DNA of 63,955 nucleotides, filler included, from Klebsormidium nitens (GCA_000708835.1; 6 parts of 6 records of this genome joined end to end with filler, not necessarily neighbours in it), one strand, 5' to 3'; positions 13,661 through 25,404 are shown, counted from the whole stretch's first letter. Notes: generated by a model from the sequence alone, not told the origin. A program made the numbers and translations.

Positions 13661-15739
13661 TCAAACTCTCAGGATCTGCAGTTTGCTCCCAAACGCGACC
13701 GCCACCCAATCCGGCTGAGTGGATGACCATTGCAGCTGGTTCACCTCTGCCCCTGCTGTGTACGCGAGAATGGGGTCCAGGCCCCCGTCCACGGGCGTGG
13801 CCATCGACGACAGGTCCCAGATGAGCGCCTGGGAGTCGTCCCCCGCTGTGCAAATATGGCATGAGCTGTGCGGCGCCCAAGCCACAGCGTTGACACACGC
13901 TTGGTGCCGCTGCAGCTCCGCGACGGGCAGCGTCGGGAACCGGATGTCGAGCACGACCACCTTGGAGCTATCCATGAGGATCGTCGCCATGTAGCGAGGG
14001 TCCTGCTTATTCCAGCCCAACCGCAGGAGCGGGGTCTCGGGCTGCGGGCTCTCGTAGATGATCGTCGAGTGCTCCTTGTCGCGCAGGTCAAACACGCGCA
14101 CGGAGCCGTCGGCAGAGACGGACGCAAACACGCCGACGCCTCCCCACGCTATGTCATAGACCTCCTTGTCGTGGGCAATCAACTGTGTGTCCACCACCTC
14201 CTTCTCGATATCCCAAATCGTGCACGTCGTGTCAATGCTGCATGGCGAAAGGGGGGAAAGTTGAGGAGTGCTGTTTCTCAAGAGCAGAGGTGCACGCATT
14301 AAGAAGCGGGTTTTGAGTCTACCCCGCTGTTTGGCATCAGGGTACATCCAGTCTGGGTCCGAGAATGCCTTACCCCTCTCCATAAAGTGCAAACAACCCG
14401 CTAACTCTGAATGTTTTTGTCCTCAATTGCATGTCAGCAGAATGAAAGTTTAACAGCGTCTGTGGATAAAATCAGGATAACATGATATGTTGGCCATGAG
14501 ACGAGGTGGCCAGTGCTTTTGGTGCAAAAATATCTTCAGGAGAGAGCTTGGTGTCAAAAGCAGATGCCAAAGAGGTTTGTAGAGTGAGACAGACCCTAAC
14601 TCCTGTCAGACCCCGTGAGTCAGCCCTCCCGTTGCAAGCCGATGGTGGCCAAGGAAACTATGACTATGTGGCAAGAAGTTGAGCACAAAGCAGCCCTCCT
14701 GGGCTCTAAGGCAGCAACTGACCACTCTAACCATGACAACTAGCCAACTCTTGTAGCCTCACCAACAAGCAGAAAGACCTCCAAGTTGAGGGGATAAGGG
14801 CCGCGTGCCGTAGCGCAGACCATCCCAGCCAGACACAACACCAAGAATGAATCATACAAGGGCATGCGAAACCGTATCCGTAGTGAACAAGCAGCCTGCT
14901 TTGGCCCGTTGCTCAATAATGCGGGGGTACACCAAGGAAACTAAAGAAGGCGCCGTCAGGTCTTGCCAACTAAAATCAAGGACGGCTGGACATTAGGCAG
15001 CAGAATAGCAGAAATACCATCTGCTATGCTCAGTCTGCAGTGCCTTGTTCCCCATACCCCCATTTTCCCACTTTCTAGCAGGAACAGTAAACCTACTTTA
15101 CCATGCTCTGTCTGAGGTGCAGTGCTAGCCAAACATGAGGTGCAACCAAAACCCAACAGGGTCTTCGTAGACACAACCATGGGCACTCTATCCTGCAACT
15201 CTGTTTCTCCTCTGCAGCTTGTGTTGGCTCAAACCCTCAACAAGCGTCCCGGTTCACTTGCCCAGATGATTCGGGCGAAACCCTCACCTGGAAGTCCCCA
15301 ACCGCCGCGGCTCTGACTCATTCCAGTCAAACGACGTTAGCGGCGCGCAGAATTCGCTGTTTTTATTGTTGTTGAGCAGGCTCTTCATCTCAATGCCGTC
15401 CTCATTGATTTGCCAGATGCGCAGGAAGTCGCCCGTGGTGGCCATCAGATCCGGTTTTTGGCACTCCTTATCCGGGATGAACATGATCTTGGTAGGGGGG
15501 TACGGGTGCTGCACCGTGAGCTTTGGATCGACGTAAAAGTGGCCCGTCTCATCGTTGAGCTGCACAATCTCCAGGTGGTTGTTGTACTCCTCGATGAAGC
15601 TCCCGATGCCTATCCGAAATTTCTTGTCCCGCCGGACACTCCAGTTCATTGCGTACACCAGCCATGGCGCCTCGTAAGTGTGGATCTCTGCCCGCTTATT
15701 CCCAAAGGTCAGGTCGCTTCCCGGGAAGGCCTCCGACAT
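13661..15739 (-). CDS. LWD1: WD40 protein of the LWD1/LWD2-AN11-TTG1/DCAF7 family, 2 exons
   Basis: Exon 15739-15288 ([25 protein letters not shown]...[10 protein letters not shown]...LGTS) splices GT-AG in phase 2 to exon 14237-13661 ([34 protein letters not shown]...KLQILRV*). This matches the family consensus closely. Confidence 0.97.
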
Positions 15740-16225
15740 GGCTACCGCCCTGCTCGGTACCTATGCATCAAGATTTCTAGAAGGGGAACGTGCGTCAGCA
15801 TCGGTGAAAGCTTTTAGCTGCCAGATCGAGCCGAGCTCGCCCTTTCTCAAAAAAACACCCTTCCTGCAGCAAAACGAGAAACCCTAAGGGTATGGTGCAT
15901 CATGGAAGCAGCTGGTGAGTCCGCAAGGCTTGCTGCAACGCCCCAAATAACAATCGCCCATGATCACCCGTCAGGCTTCTGTCCTCACCAAATGTTCCAA
16001 GTTGGCGACAATGCCAACATGCGGCCCGAGTCCAGTGGCGAATGCACGATGTTCAACCTCCTTTGTGAACTGCAGTGTGCCCCTTCCCAGCGCCCAGTTT
16101 GATTGGATGTTTGACCAACACACTCGCCTTTGGACTTTTCTTTGCCAGGTGCTGTCCTCTCATTCGCAGAGAAGTGCGAAAGCGCGCATGCCACATGTGA
16201 AAGTTTATATAGGGGAGAAAGAAAC

Positions 16226-16325
16226 NNNNNNNNNNNNNNNNNNNNNNNNNNNNNNNNNNNNNNNNNNNNTTAATTAATTAANNNNNNNNNNNNNNNNNNN
16301 NNNNNNNNNNNNNNNNNNNNNNNNN
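16226..16325. other. Artificial contig-joining linker
   Basis: 44 N + TTAATTAATTAA (stops in all six frames) + 44 N. Confidence 0.97.
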
Positions 16326-16437
16326 AACGCTGTGTTTCAACAAACCTTCCTCAACCTCCAAAGCAATTCTTGAACAGCCCATCAACAATTGCGGCTTTTC
16401 CCCCGCTTTTCCATAATCTACACAATTACGTGCTCAC

Positions 16438-16688
16438 CTATCATCGATCGATGTTTGGGTCGCGCCCTGAAGGACTTCCTTGCACAGGCGGCGGAAAGCC
16501 GCCTTGGGCAGCAGCAGGTCCACAGACTTCTGATACTTCCTAATCTCGCGCACTGCGACAATGCCCGGCCGGTGCTTCTTGGGCTTCATGACCTGGCGCG
16601 GCGTCGTCCGGACAGCCTGCGCGGCCACGGCGCTCCGCGGGGAGAGCCCCCCGGTGCTCTTCCTTGCAATCTGCTTCGAGCGCGCCAT
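16438..16688 (-). CDS. Highly divergent histone H3 variant, exon 1 only (contig ends in the intron); CenH3-like features
   Basis: [18 protein letters not shown]...[52 protein letters not shown], then a GTGAG donor at 16437. The H3 N-tail start and alphaN/alpha1 motifs are recognisable. Loop 1 is 3 aa longer than in canonical H3. Confidence 0.85.
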
Positions 16689-17370
16689 GTTTTTGAGCGG
16701 AAAAGAGCTGTGCTAAAGAAAAGTCAAACGGGCGCCTTGGAAGAAAAGGCCGTTGAAGAATTACGAAAGAGTGAAGGCCTGCAACTCGTGGGCGGCCGAG
16801 TACTGTGTACAGCCTGCGCTAGAAGACTTCAACTTCCCAATCACGCAATACTGCCACCCTTCGAGCCAGTCGAAGTTCGAGGCTACCAGAAGAAGCATGA
16901 TTAAGTTAAGCTGACTCGGCGTGGCGTGGGTCCGAGTCGAACCAGTGCGCAAACACTCCAATTTCGTCTCCAAAGACTCGATGAACGGAAGTCGACCGCC
17001 GGTGACGATCGCACGACAGAGTTGCATGCAGTGTGACCTATGATTGTCAATTCCAAGGCTTGAAATGTGTCAAAGCGGCGCTTCGACGGTCGTTGGAAGG
17101 TCCAATCACGAACTTTGCAACGCTGATTCATCCTCCACTTCGATAAGCATCTTGAAATCCCGCGGCGCTTTGAAATTGAAGTTGCGGCGAGGTCAAGAGA
17201 GGCCGAAAACTAGCGCTTAAGCACTCATATGCCGCTTGTCGACTGAAGGGTCCATCTTTACGAGTCCTTGCGCCTAAGTCAACCTGCTGTGCACTAGCAG
17301 TACTCTGCTGCAAGCTGCGCTAGAGTCTTCCTCAACTGCTCCAAGTCTTGCCACCTCAATCTCAAGCAAC

Positions 17371-18017
17371 ATGGCCCGCATGAAGCAAACCGCAAGGCGC
17401 AGCACCGGTGGGAAGGCCCCACGGAAGGCACTCGCCACCAAAGCGTGTAGGAAAAGCGCGCCTACAACGGGTGGCAACAGAAAGCCCCATAGGTATCGGC
17501 CGGGCACTGTTGCGCTGCGCGAAATTCGGAAGTACCAGAAGTCAACCGACTATCTCATCAAAAAGCTGCCCTTTTAGCGGATGGTCAGGGAGGTCGCCCA
17601 GGATTTCAAAACGGACTTGTAAGTCCACACAAAACTGCGAGATAATGATCTCTTCATTTCCCCCTCTGCTCTCCCCTTTCACAATCTATTGGTGGCGGTG
17701 CATGACTGCCGCTTTGATGTCATCTTGCAATTCTCGTAGCTGAATAAAGTTGCGCGCAGCACCTTCTTGTGATTGCCCGACTTCCCATCATTTCGATTGT
17801 GAGAAGCATTGAAAGACTTTGCTCGTTGATGATCACTTGAGCTTTCCCGTGCAGGCGCTTTCAAGCTCAAGCGATCGAGACCCTCCAAGAAGCTGCGGAG
17901 TCCCACCTGGTGATGCGGTTTCAAGATGCAAATCTGTGCGCCATCCACGCTAAGAGGGTGACCATCATGCCCAAAGACATGCAATTGGCAAAGCGCCTTA
18001 GCGAAAGGGAACGCTAA
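17371..18017 (+). pseudogene. Divergent H3.3-like histone gene with a premature TAG
   Basis: Exon 17371-17618, intron (gtaagt...gtgcag) and exon 17855-18017 rebuild a full-length H3: [19 protein letters not shown]...[31 protein letters not shown]...[24 protein letters not shown] at 17575-17577 replaces Q68. T31 and Y41 are plant H3.3 signatures. Confidence 0.88.
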
Positions 18018-18590
18018 GGCTTAGGGGAAGCGCCGGCGCTTAGATGAGAATTTTGGGCTTAGGATAGCGTGATCAGTTGGCCACTTTGGGATATTCTTGG
18101 TTTTGACGGTACCTAACTTCTGTGCTAGTACGTTTTGGATTCCCGTAGAGGCCTCTATTGATAGATCAATCCGAAGTAGTGACCTCGAATGAGGAGATGT
18201 CCTTTCGTTCTTGGGAAGCAGACATTTGATGTACCTAACCTCTTGCATTAAATGGCCGGCTGAATTATCAATGTGGCAAAGGAATCTCTCTCAACATGTG
18301 ACTACGTGCCTATTGCAAATCCGATTTGGCGCGGGCTCTCCGGTGGCTGTGTGCAAAATCATGTGATAGGATCGCGTGCGCCTTCATGATCTCTGGTACG
18401 TTTTATAGCGCCGATTGCGCGCAACATTCAATATTCAACCCATGGCTTAGGTTTTAAAATCTCATGCGCAATACAAGTTCCCACAAGGAACAACCGTCTG
18501 CATCAGTAAAATTTCTGTTGTAAGCAGGTGGTGTTGGAAAACACCAGGTTTTTAGCAGGAACAAGGTTACGGTAATGCCTGCTTGTGCCC

Positions 18591-19249
18591 TCATATGCAT
18601 GAGTCGAGATAGGCGAGCTCCTGGTTCCACACGTCAATCTCAATCCCAAGCATTGGGTCACCATCCACCTTGGCAAGTGACCTTTCCGCTCTGCGACGCT
18701 TCAAGATCATGTCTGTTGCAATAGAATGAAAACCCCCCCTAATTTGCCATGGCGTCCACTTCTTGTACGGATACCAAGCGGGCAGCTCTGCCACCTTTGC
18801 CATGATCATGGCCTCATCCAGAGGGCCAAGACCTTCATCTTGACAAAGGTCTGGACAGCTCGCCTCCATTTGGGGTGATGGGTCTTCCACCAATCGTCGT
18901 CAAGCAGCCTCCTCACTTTGTTGCCACCCCTGCGTCTCCATATTTTACCATCTTTTGTTACTGTTATTTTAAGTGACTCACTGGTGGCAATGCTGAGGAT
19001 TTCCCCCTCAACCCATTCTTTTTGAACGATTGGGCACTTTGCTACTTCATGCTTGCACGTCTCTCTGGCCTCCCTCAGCTTCTGTGCAACTGCCTTGCTA
19101 TGCGCCCGTACGGGCCCGGTAGGACACGACACCCAGTAACTTGGGGTGGTACCAGGCCTTCTCCTCTTCCACGGTATAAGAATCCCCGTGCTGCGCGGCG
19201 TCTGAACGGGCGCGGCAGAACACAGCGAAGAAGGGGAAGGGAGACGCAT
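18591..19249 (-). pseudogene. Frameshifted paralogue of the unknown Trp-rich protein at 19677-20231
   Basis: ORFs 18806-19291 and 18591-18893 together align with the + strand copy (WVSCPTGP...KHEV...EWVEGEILSI...ITVTKDG...WWK..HP.WRRAVQ.FVK [fs] DEGLGPLD.A.IM.K.AELPAW). A 1-nt deletion near 18843 switches the frame. Confidence 0.7.
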
Positions 19250-19466
19250 GGCGGCTGATGTTTGGCGGACTGCCTTCACCTTGTCGCTCAAGTAGTAGAA
19301 GTATCCGCTTCAAGCTTTCAAGTTGATTCAAGGCATTCAAGTTCCATGGCATGGTTGAGATGTCGAGGCGCCAGACTTGGCGCCAAAAACGCTCAATCTG
19401 TGCCGTCCGTTGTGCCACGCTGGCAAAATCTGCTTCGTGCGATTCAAAAGTGTATGGACAACTGCC

Positions 19467-19532
19467 AGCTTGGCACAGCGGACGACCGAGATCGCTCGCA
19501 GCTTGGCACAACGGACGACCGAGATCGCTCGC
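19467..19532. repeat. 33-bp tandem repeat x2
   Basis: agcttggcacagcggacgaccgagatcgctcgc / agcttggcacaacggacgaccgagatcgctcgc, located between the two paralogues. Confidence 0.9.
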
Positions 19533-19676
19533 CGCTGCCGCCAAGTTTGTAGGTATAAGTACAAATTTGAAAGTTGTTCAAATGGTAGGTTGAGATTGAC
19601 CAGTGCTCAGAATATTGAACTTCAAATCCCGTTTCCCTCCCCATGCTTGAAGGCGCCCCAGCAACAAGCAGCCGTC

Positions 19677-20231
19677 ATGCCTTTCGCCGCCCCTTTTTCT
19701 TGGACGTGGTGCCCCGCTGGGCCCATCCGTTCCTCAGACAGCTCCAAGAAAGATGATGACCTGATTTCGAGAAGCTTCAGGGAGAGGACCAAGCACGAAG
19801 TATCTAAGAGCCTGCTCTTGCAAGAACAATGGGTAAAGGGTGAAATTCTGAGCATCACCACCACTGAGTCACTTGTGATCACAGTGACAAAAGATGGGAC
19901 AATCTGGGAACAGATTGGCAACAAACCAAAGAAGCAACTTTCAGAAGCATGGTGGAAGGCCAAGCACCCCGCATGGAGGCGAGCTGTGCAGCAGTTTGTG
20001 AAGGATAAGGGCCTTGGCCCTCTAGATGGGGCCGTCATCATGTCAAAGTTGGCAGAGCTGCCCGCGTGGTTTCCTCGTAAGGAGACATCATCTCCGCACA
20101 GGATCAAGTGGTTTCACGAGAATGCACGCCGCATGCTGCGTCGCAGAGCGGGCATGAAGGCGAGCGAGGCGCTTCCCGAATACATCATTCTTGCTCTCAG
20201 TAAGAAGACACTCCAGGCTGCAAGTAAATGA
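19677..20231 (+). CDS. Hypothetical Trp-rich protein (about 184 aa from ATG 19677); family not recognised
   Basis: Open frame whose coding nature is supported by amino-acid-level conservation with the diverged inverted paralogue at 18591-19249. Confidence 0.6.
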   Translation: MPFAAPFSWTWCPAGPIRSSDSSKKDDDLISRSFRERTKHEVSKSLLLQEQWVKGEILSITTTESLVITVTKDGTIWEQIGNKPKKQLSEAWWKAKHPAWRRAVQQFVKDKGLGPLDGAVIMSKLAELPAWFPRKETSSPHRIKWFHENARRMLRRRAGMKASEALPEYIILALSKKTLQAASK

Positions 20232-20499
20232 GTGCCATAAGCAAGCGTGTGACCTTCAGGTCTACGTCCCCAAAAACTGGTGTTTCCAAACAACGCCTTC
20301 CTGTGAAGAAACTTTCAATGGTGAAAGACCCCGCTTCTTAGGGAAAGCTTTCAGATTTAGGTTGAGAGCATCTCCTGGAGCCCTCCACTTCGCTTCTTAC
20401 ATCAGTTAAATCAATAGTGCGTTCCCAAGAAGCAGCATACATGTCAACATCCACCGCACTGAGACCGTTCTTTTTGAATAGTTCCTACTGCATAGGACA

Positions 20500-21229
20500 T
20501 TCATTGCGCGCGCACTGAATTATTGGACGAGTTGGCGTGGAGCGTGCTTGCGAGACTGCCCAAGACGTTCAGTACCCTCAAAACAATCCTAGAGGCTTCA
20601 AAGAGCGCCATAAGCTCGGTGAATGCAATCTGGCCGAAGCTCTTGGTGCATGAGCAGGGGTTTGAGGAGACGCCTAAGGAAAAGGGCGGCGGTGGGCGGG
20701 ACTCCGTTGTGGCTTATGTGGCCGGGCGGAAAGGAAGCAAGGAGAAGGGCCACGGCAGGGATGAGAGCGGGGCCAAAGGGCTCAAGTGCTATACTTGTGA
20801 GGAGTTCGGTCACATTGATTGGAAGTGCAGCAAGCCAGAAACAAGCCGAAGCAGAAGAAGGAGGTGAAACCTCCCAAGGGTGTGGCCTTCAGCGTCATTG
20901 AGGGGGTGTCTACCGACGAGTGGCTCGTCGATTCGGGTAGCTCTTAACAACTAACCGGGGATAAGAGCCTATTTGAGACCCTCGCAATGTTCGGGGGGAG
21001 TGGCCGAGAATGCCCGTTCGGAGACAAGGGAACCGGATGGGCAGAGGGGAGCGGCTCGGTAGAGTTGCGGTGTGTGCGACACCGACCGGAGAAAGCCTGG
21101 TCTCTCTTGCAAAACGTGATGTATGTCCCGGGGGTGGCGGCGAATTTGATCTCGGTGAGCGAGGCAATCGAGGTCGCGTTTGCACTGTTCAAGGAGAACG
21201 GTGTTGAAACACAGCGTTGTTGGAAGTGA
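20500..21229 (+). mobile_element. Degenerate Ty1/Copia LTR-retrotransposon gag-protease fragment
   Basis: CCHC knuckle CYTCEEFGHIDWKC. After a frameshift come the Copia protease motif EWLVDSGSS*QLTGDKSLF (in-frame TAA) and LQNVMYVPGVAANLISV. Confidence 0.85.
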
Positions 21230-21295
21230 TATTCAATCAATCAAGTTCACACAATGTATATGGAGTGTTCCGAGTCACGGCCTATCTTTAGGTCT

Positions 21296-21395
21296 NNNNN
21301 NNNNNNNNNNNNNNNNNNNNNNNNNNNNNNNNNNNNNNNTTAATTAATTAANNNNNNNNNNNNNNNNNNNNNNNNNNNNNNNNNNNNNNNNNNNN
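21296..21395. other. Artificial contig-joining linker
   Basis: 44 N + TTAATTAATTAA + 44 N. Confidence 0.97.
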
Positions 21396-21947
21396 GGCGC
21401 AGGGCGGGCGTGGGAGAGGGGACGAGGGAGCAGCGCGCGAGAGCGAGACAGGGGGGGGGCGGGGTGCGTGAGGAATGGCAGGGGCGAGGCGGGAGGCAAC
21501 AGGGGAGACGCATGGAGGTGCAAGGACGAGATGGGGCCCGCGCGCGGGGTCCGGCCACTGGGGGGGCCGTCAAGTGCGAGCGCTGAAGTTGGAGGCAAGA
21601 GATGAGCGGGGCGGAGCGAGGGCTGGTGGAACAACGTGCGAGGCGACCAGTGAGGGGAGCGGGAGGTGTGGGGGAGGGTGAGGACTCGTGCCAGGCAGAG
21701 CAGTTCTGGTCTTGCTGCTGCGGGCGAGCCTTCTGGTGCGCCCATCGGGGCAGGTGACGGCTCGTGCGTGGCCAGACGCACGGGGCGTCGAGAATGCCAG
21801 CAGTGGCCGGGAGTGAGCGGGTAGAGGGCGAGCGACGTCGAAGAAAGGGTGGCTAAAGAAGCGGGGGCGGCGCTCCTAGGAGGGCTGCCCAGCGGAGGGC
21901 CATTTGATGTGTGCACTGGGGAGAAGAGGCGCGGGGGCGGGCTGTAC

Positions 21948-24302
21948 CTTGCCGAGGAGGGAGTCGTAGCTGGGCGGCACGAGGTAGTCGGCGTACACGT
22001 GGCTGTCCATGCGCGTGAAGGGACCCCCCGCCGGCAGGTACCGCGTGATGCGCCCTGCACGCCACGCGCAGCACGGGTCAGCACGCAGCCGGCGATGCCC
22101 AGCAGGCGCGCCACCCGAGAGGCAGGCCCGCAGCAAGGGGAGGAGGGCAGCAGCGGCGGCGGGGGCGGGCTCACCTGGGCCGGGGCGGAAGTTTTGGAAG
22201 GCATCCTCCGCGTTGATGCGGCACTCGATGGAGTGGCCGCGCAACACAATGTCGTCCTGCACACACGCCAGCCAAGCAGGCGCGCTCAGCTCAGCGCACA
22301 ACCATGAAACTGGCTCGTAGCAGGGAGCAGGCGGGACGGGCAGCAGCACGGCGCAGGATGCAGCAGCAGGAGGGGCGCAGGCGGGGTGCACCGACCTGGG
22401 TGTAGCGCAGCTTCTCGCCAATGGCCACGCGGATCTGCTCCTCGATCAGGTCGACGGCGCTGATCATCTCCGTCACGGGGTGCTCCACCTGCGCACACGC
22501 AGCCAGCCACGCGCGCGCGCCTCAGCAGCAGCCGCCGCACCCCGGCCCAACTGGACTGATGGGCTTACAATGCTCCCAAAGAGGCGGTCTGCTAATGGCC
22601 AGCCACCCCTCGCTGGAGCCTCGACGTCAATGGCATCGTGGCTGCGAGAAACAAGGAGGCTCCCGCTTGGGCCTGCGCGGCCCCCATATAGAGCTGCTGC
22701 CTCTGAGTGCAGGCATCCAGCCCCTTCGCCTTGCGTGGGCGTACCTGGATGCGCGTGTTCATCTCCATGAAGTAGAAGTCGGTGCCGTTCTCGTCCAGCA
22801 GGAACTCGATGGTGCCCACCCCGACGTACCCGATGCTGCTCGCGGCCGCCACCGCCGCGTCGCCCATGGCCTTGCGCAGCTTGTCGCTGAGCGCGGGCGA
22901 CGGCGCCTCCTCGAGCAGCTTCTGGTTGCGCCGCTGGATGGAGCAGTCGCGCTCGCCCAGGTGGATGGCGTTGCCGTGCTTGTCCGCCAGCACCTGGAAC
23001 TCGATGTGCCGCGGGTTCGTGATGTACTTCTCCAGGTAGCACCCGTCGTTGCCGAACGCGGCGCCCGCCTCGCTTTTGGCCTGGTTCAGCAGCTTCACAA
23101 AGTCGGCCGGCTCCTGCACCAGCCGCATCCCGCGCCCGCCGCCCCCCGCCGTGGCCTTGATCATGATGGGGAACCCGATCTGCGCCGCCAGCACCTCCGC
23201 CTCGCCCACGTCGCTGATCAGCCCGTCCGACCCCGGCACCGTGGGCACGCTGGCCGCCTTCATGGTCTCGCGCGCCGTCGCCTTGTCGCCCATCAGCCGC
23301 ATGCTGTCCGACTGCACCACGCAGCAGCAACACCACCGCTCAGCGCACCGCACAGACGCACAGCCTGCTGGCGCACAGGCCGGCCAGCAGCGGCCTCGTG
23401 TGACGCGCCTGCTGACAGGAGCGTGCGCTGATGCAGCTTGGGGAGTACTCCAGCATTGAAGGCTGCCAGCCAGAGAGGGCATCATGCAGCAAGCAAGCAC
23501 GCGTGTCCCGCTCTGGCCCACGCCGGAGCCTGCGCTGGACGGGGCAGGCAGCCGCGCGCGGTGGCCTCACCTTGGGCCCGATGAAGTTGAGGCCGTGGTC
23601 GAGGCAGATGTCGGCGAAGGTGGCGTTCTCTGCGAGGAAGCCGTAGCCGGGGTGCAGCATGGTGCAGTTGTGGCTCATGGCGGCGGCCACGATGTTGGGG
23701 ATGTTGAGGTAGCTGTCCTTGGACGGCGCCTCGCCGATGCACACCGCCTCGTCCGCCAGCGACACGTGCAGCGCGTTGGCGTCGATGGTGCTGTACACAG
23801 CCACCACGGGGATGCCCATCTCCTTGCACGTGCGGATGATGCGCACCGCAATCTCGCCGCGGTTAGCCACCAGCACCTTCTCGCCCTCGTACGCGCACCG
23901 CACCCCCGCCCCCCGCGCAGGGGCCGCCGCAGGGCGCAGCGCAGCGGGCCCATGGCGCAGGGCGGCACTGCGCAACAGGCGCGACGAGGCGCCTAGCGAG
24001 CCAGCAGAGGCGAGGGGGTAGGGCAAAAAGCTGGGTGCTGCTGCACAGGAAGGGGAGCGCAGAGTCAACGCGGGCAGGAGGGGGAGGCAGCAGCGGCAAG
24101 GGGGGTGGCAGGGGGTAGCCTGCTGCTGCTGATCATGAGATGAAAAGGCAAAGCAGGGAGCAATCTCCAGGCACTGCGGCATTGTCCCGCCATGTTGGCT
24201 GGTATGGGTCTGGCGCCTCCACAAGTCTGGCAGCCCAGTGAGGGCGAGGCGACGCCTGTCGTCGCGGGGCCAGATCTGGTCGCGAGCGCTCTCACCTGCA
24301 TT
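21948..24302 (-). CDS. accC: Biotin carboxylase subunit of plastid heteromeric acetyl-CoA carboxylase; 3' end cut by the contig edge, start codon uncertain
   Basis: GT-AG exons encode [17 protein letters not shown]...[11 protein letters not shown]...IGPK | MGDKATAR...[14 protein letters not shown]...[20 protein letters not shown]...FMEMNTRIQ | VEHPVTEM... | [12 protein letters not shown] | [21 protein letters not shown] Ser/Arg/Ala-rich transit-peptide-like segment lies upstream. Confidence 0.95.
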
Positions 24303-25404
24303 GCAGCGCACGCGCGGCCGCAGCGGCAGCAGGGGAACAGCAGCGGAGGGGGCCCGCGCATAGGACGAGGAAGGGAGGCGGCACAGGGGCTGCAACAGTG
24401 CACACGGGGATGAGCCAAATAAAAGGGCCAACGAGCAGCACACGCCCAGAGCGCACGCCCCGTGCACAGACGCTGCTCGCAGGTGCACATACCCGCGTGG
24501 AGGGGGGACTCAATGCCGGCAGCCCCAGAGAAAGAACGGAAAAGGGCGCTGCGTTACCTGCGCTGTTCCTACTGCGTGCGCCAGAGTGGCCACCATGTTG
24601 GGCGTCTGCAAGAGGCAGCAGCGGGGGCGGTGTCAGCGGTGTCAGCGCCAATGCACGCGCAGCGCCAGCTCTAGGCAGGCAATGCACACTGCCCACCACC
24701 GGCCAATCAGGCATCCAGCGCCGCCTTGCTGTGCACTGGTGCTGCGGGTCGCTAGCAGGGCGTTGTTGGGAGGGCAGCTCTCACCGGGTTCCCTTCCGCT
24801 CCGCTATGCCGCTGCCGGGGTCACTGGCGCGGCCGCCCACATGCAATGCAGAGGGGCTCCTCCACTCTCCCACCAAACGGTCGTCAGCAAGCCCCGGAAA
24901 ACAATGGGAGGGGACTGTGGCGCCTGCAACCTCCTCCAACTTCCAATGCGCCTCCTCCAGACACTGTCAGTGTCACTACGGTATACCGCTGGTCCTTTTC
25001 AGGGCAAATTTCGATGGGCGTCCAGCTGGGCGTCCAGCTGGCATGTGGGGCTCATGGCCATCCAATCAATTTGCAAGCTAACGGGGGTGATCCCATGCGG
25101 GATACGGTCCCCCCTATTTACCCTTTGATTGATATGACTGTCCATCATCCTGAAACTAGCATGGGGATTTTGAAGGCCGAGAACGGTACGCACAGCACGG
25201 CCGGGCCCATGTCATGCCGAATCACTCAGTGGCACCGTCCCGGTCACTAGCCTAGTACTAGTAGCTCCCATGCAGTGGTGTTCTCTTGACACCGGTAGCT
25301 CCAGTCTCCAGCCCTGACTCCTGAGGCTGCGCAGGGCGGCAGGGCCAGCACAGTCGAGTCTCGAGTCCGCCATTAGAAGCGTATCTGCTAGTCTGTTGCT
25401 CGCC

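Noticed and set aside
16438-18017. Viral origin of the H3-like genes (as in Marseilleviridae or medusavirus histones)
   Set aside because: Both have spliceosomal introns at a host H3.3-like position, are single-domain, and sit on a different contig from the viral genes.
24973-24990. CACTA pentamer in the accC/CLPP4 intergenic region
   Set aside because: No matching TAGTG terminus or subterminal repeats were found.
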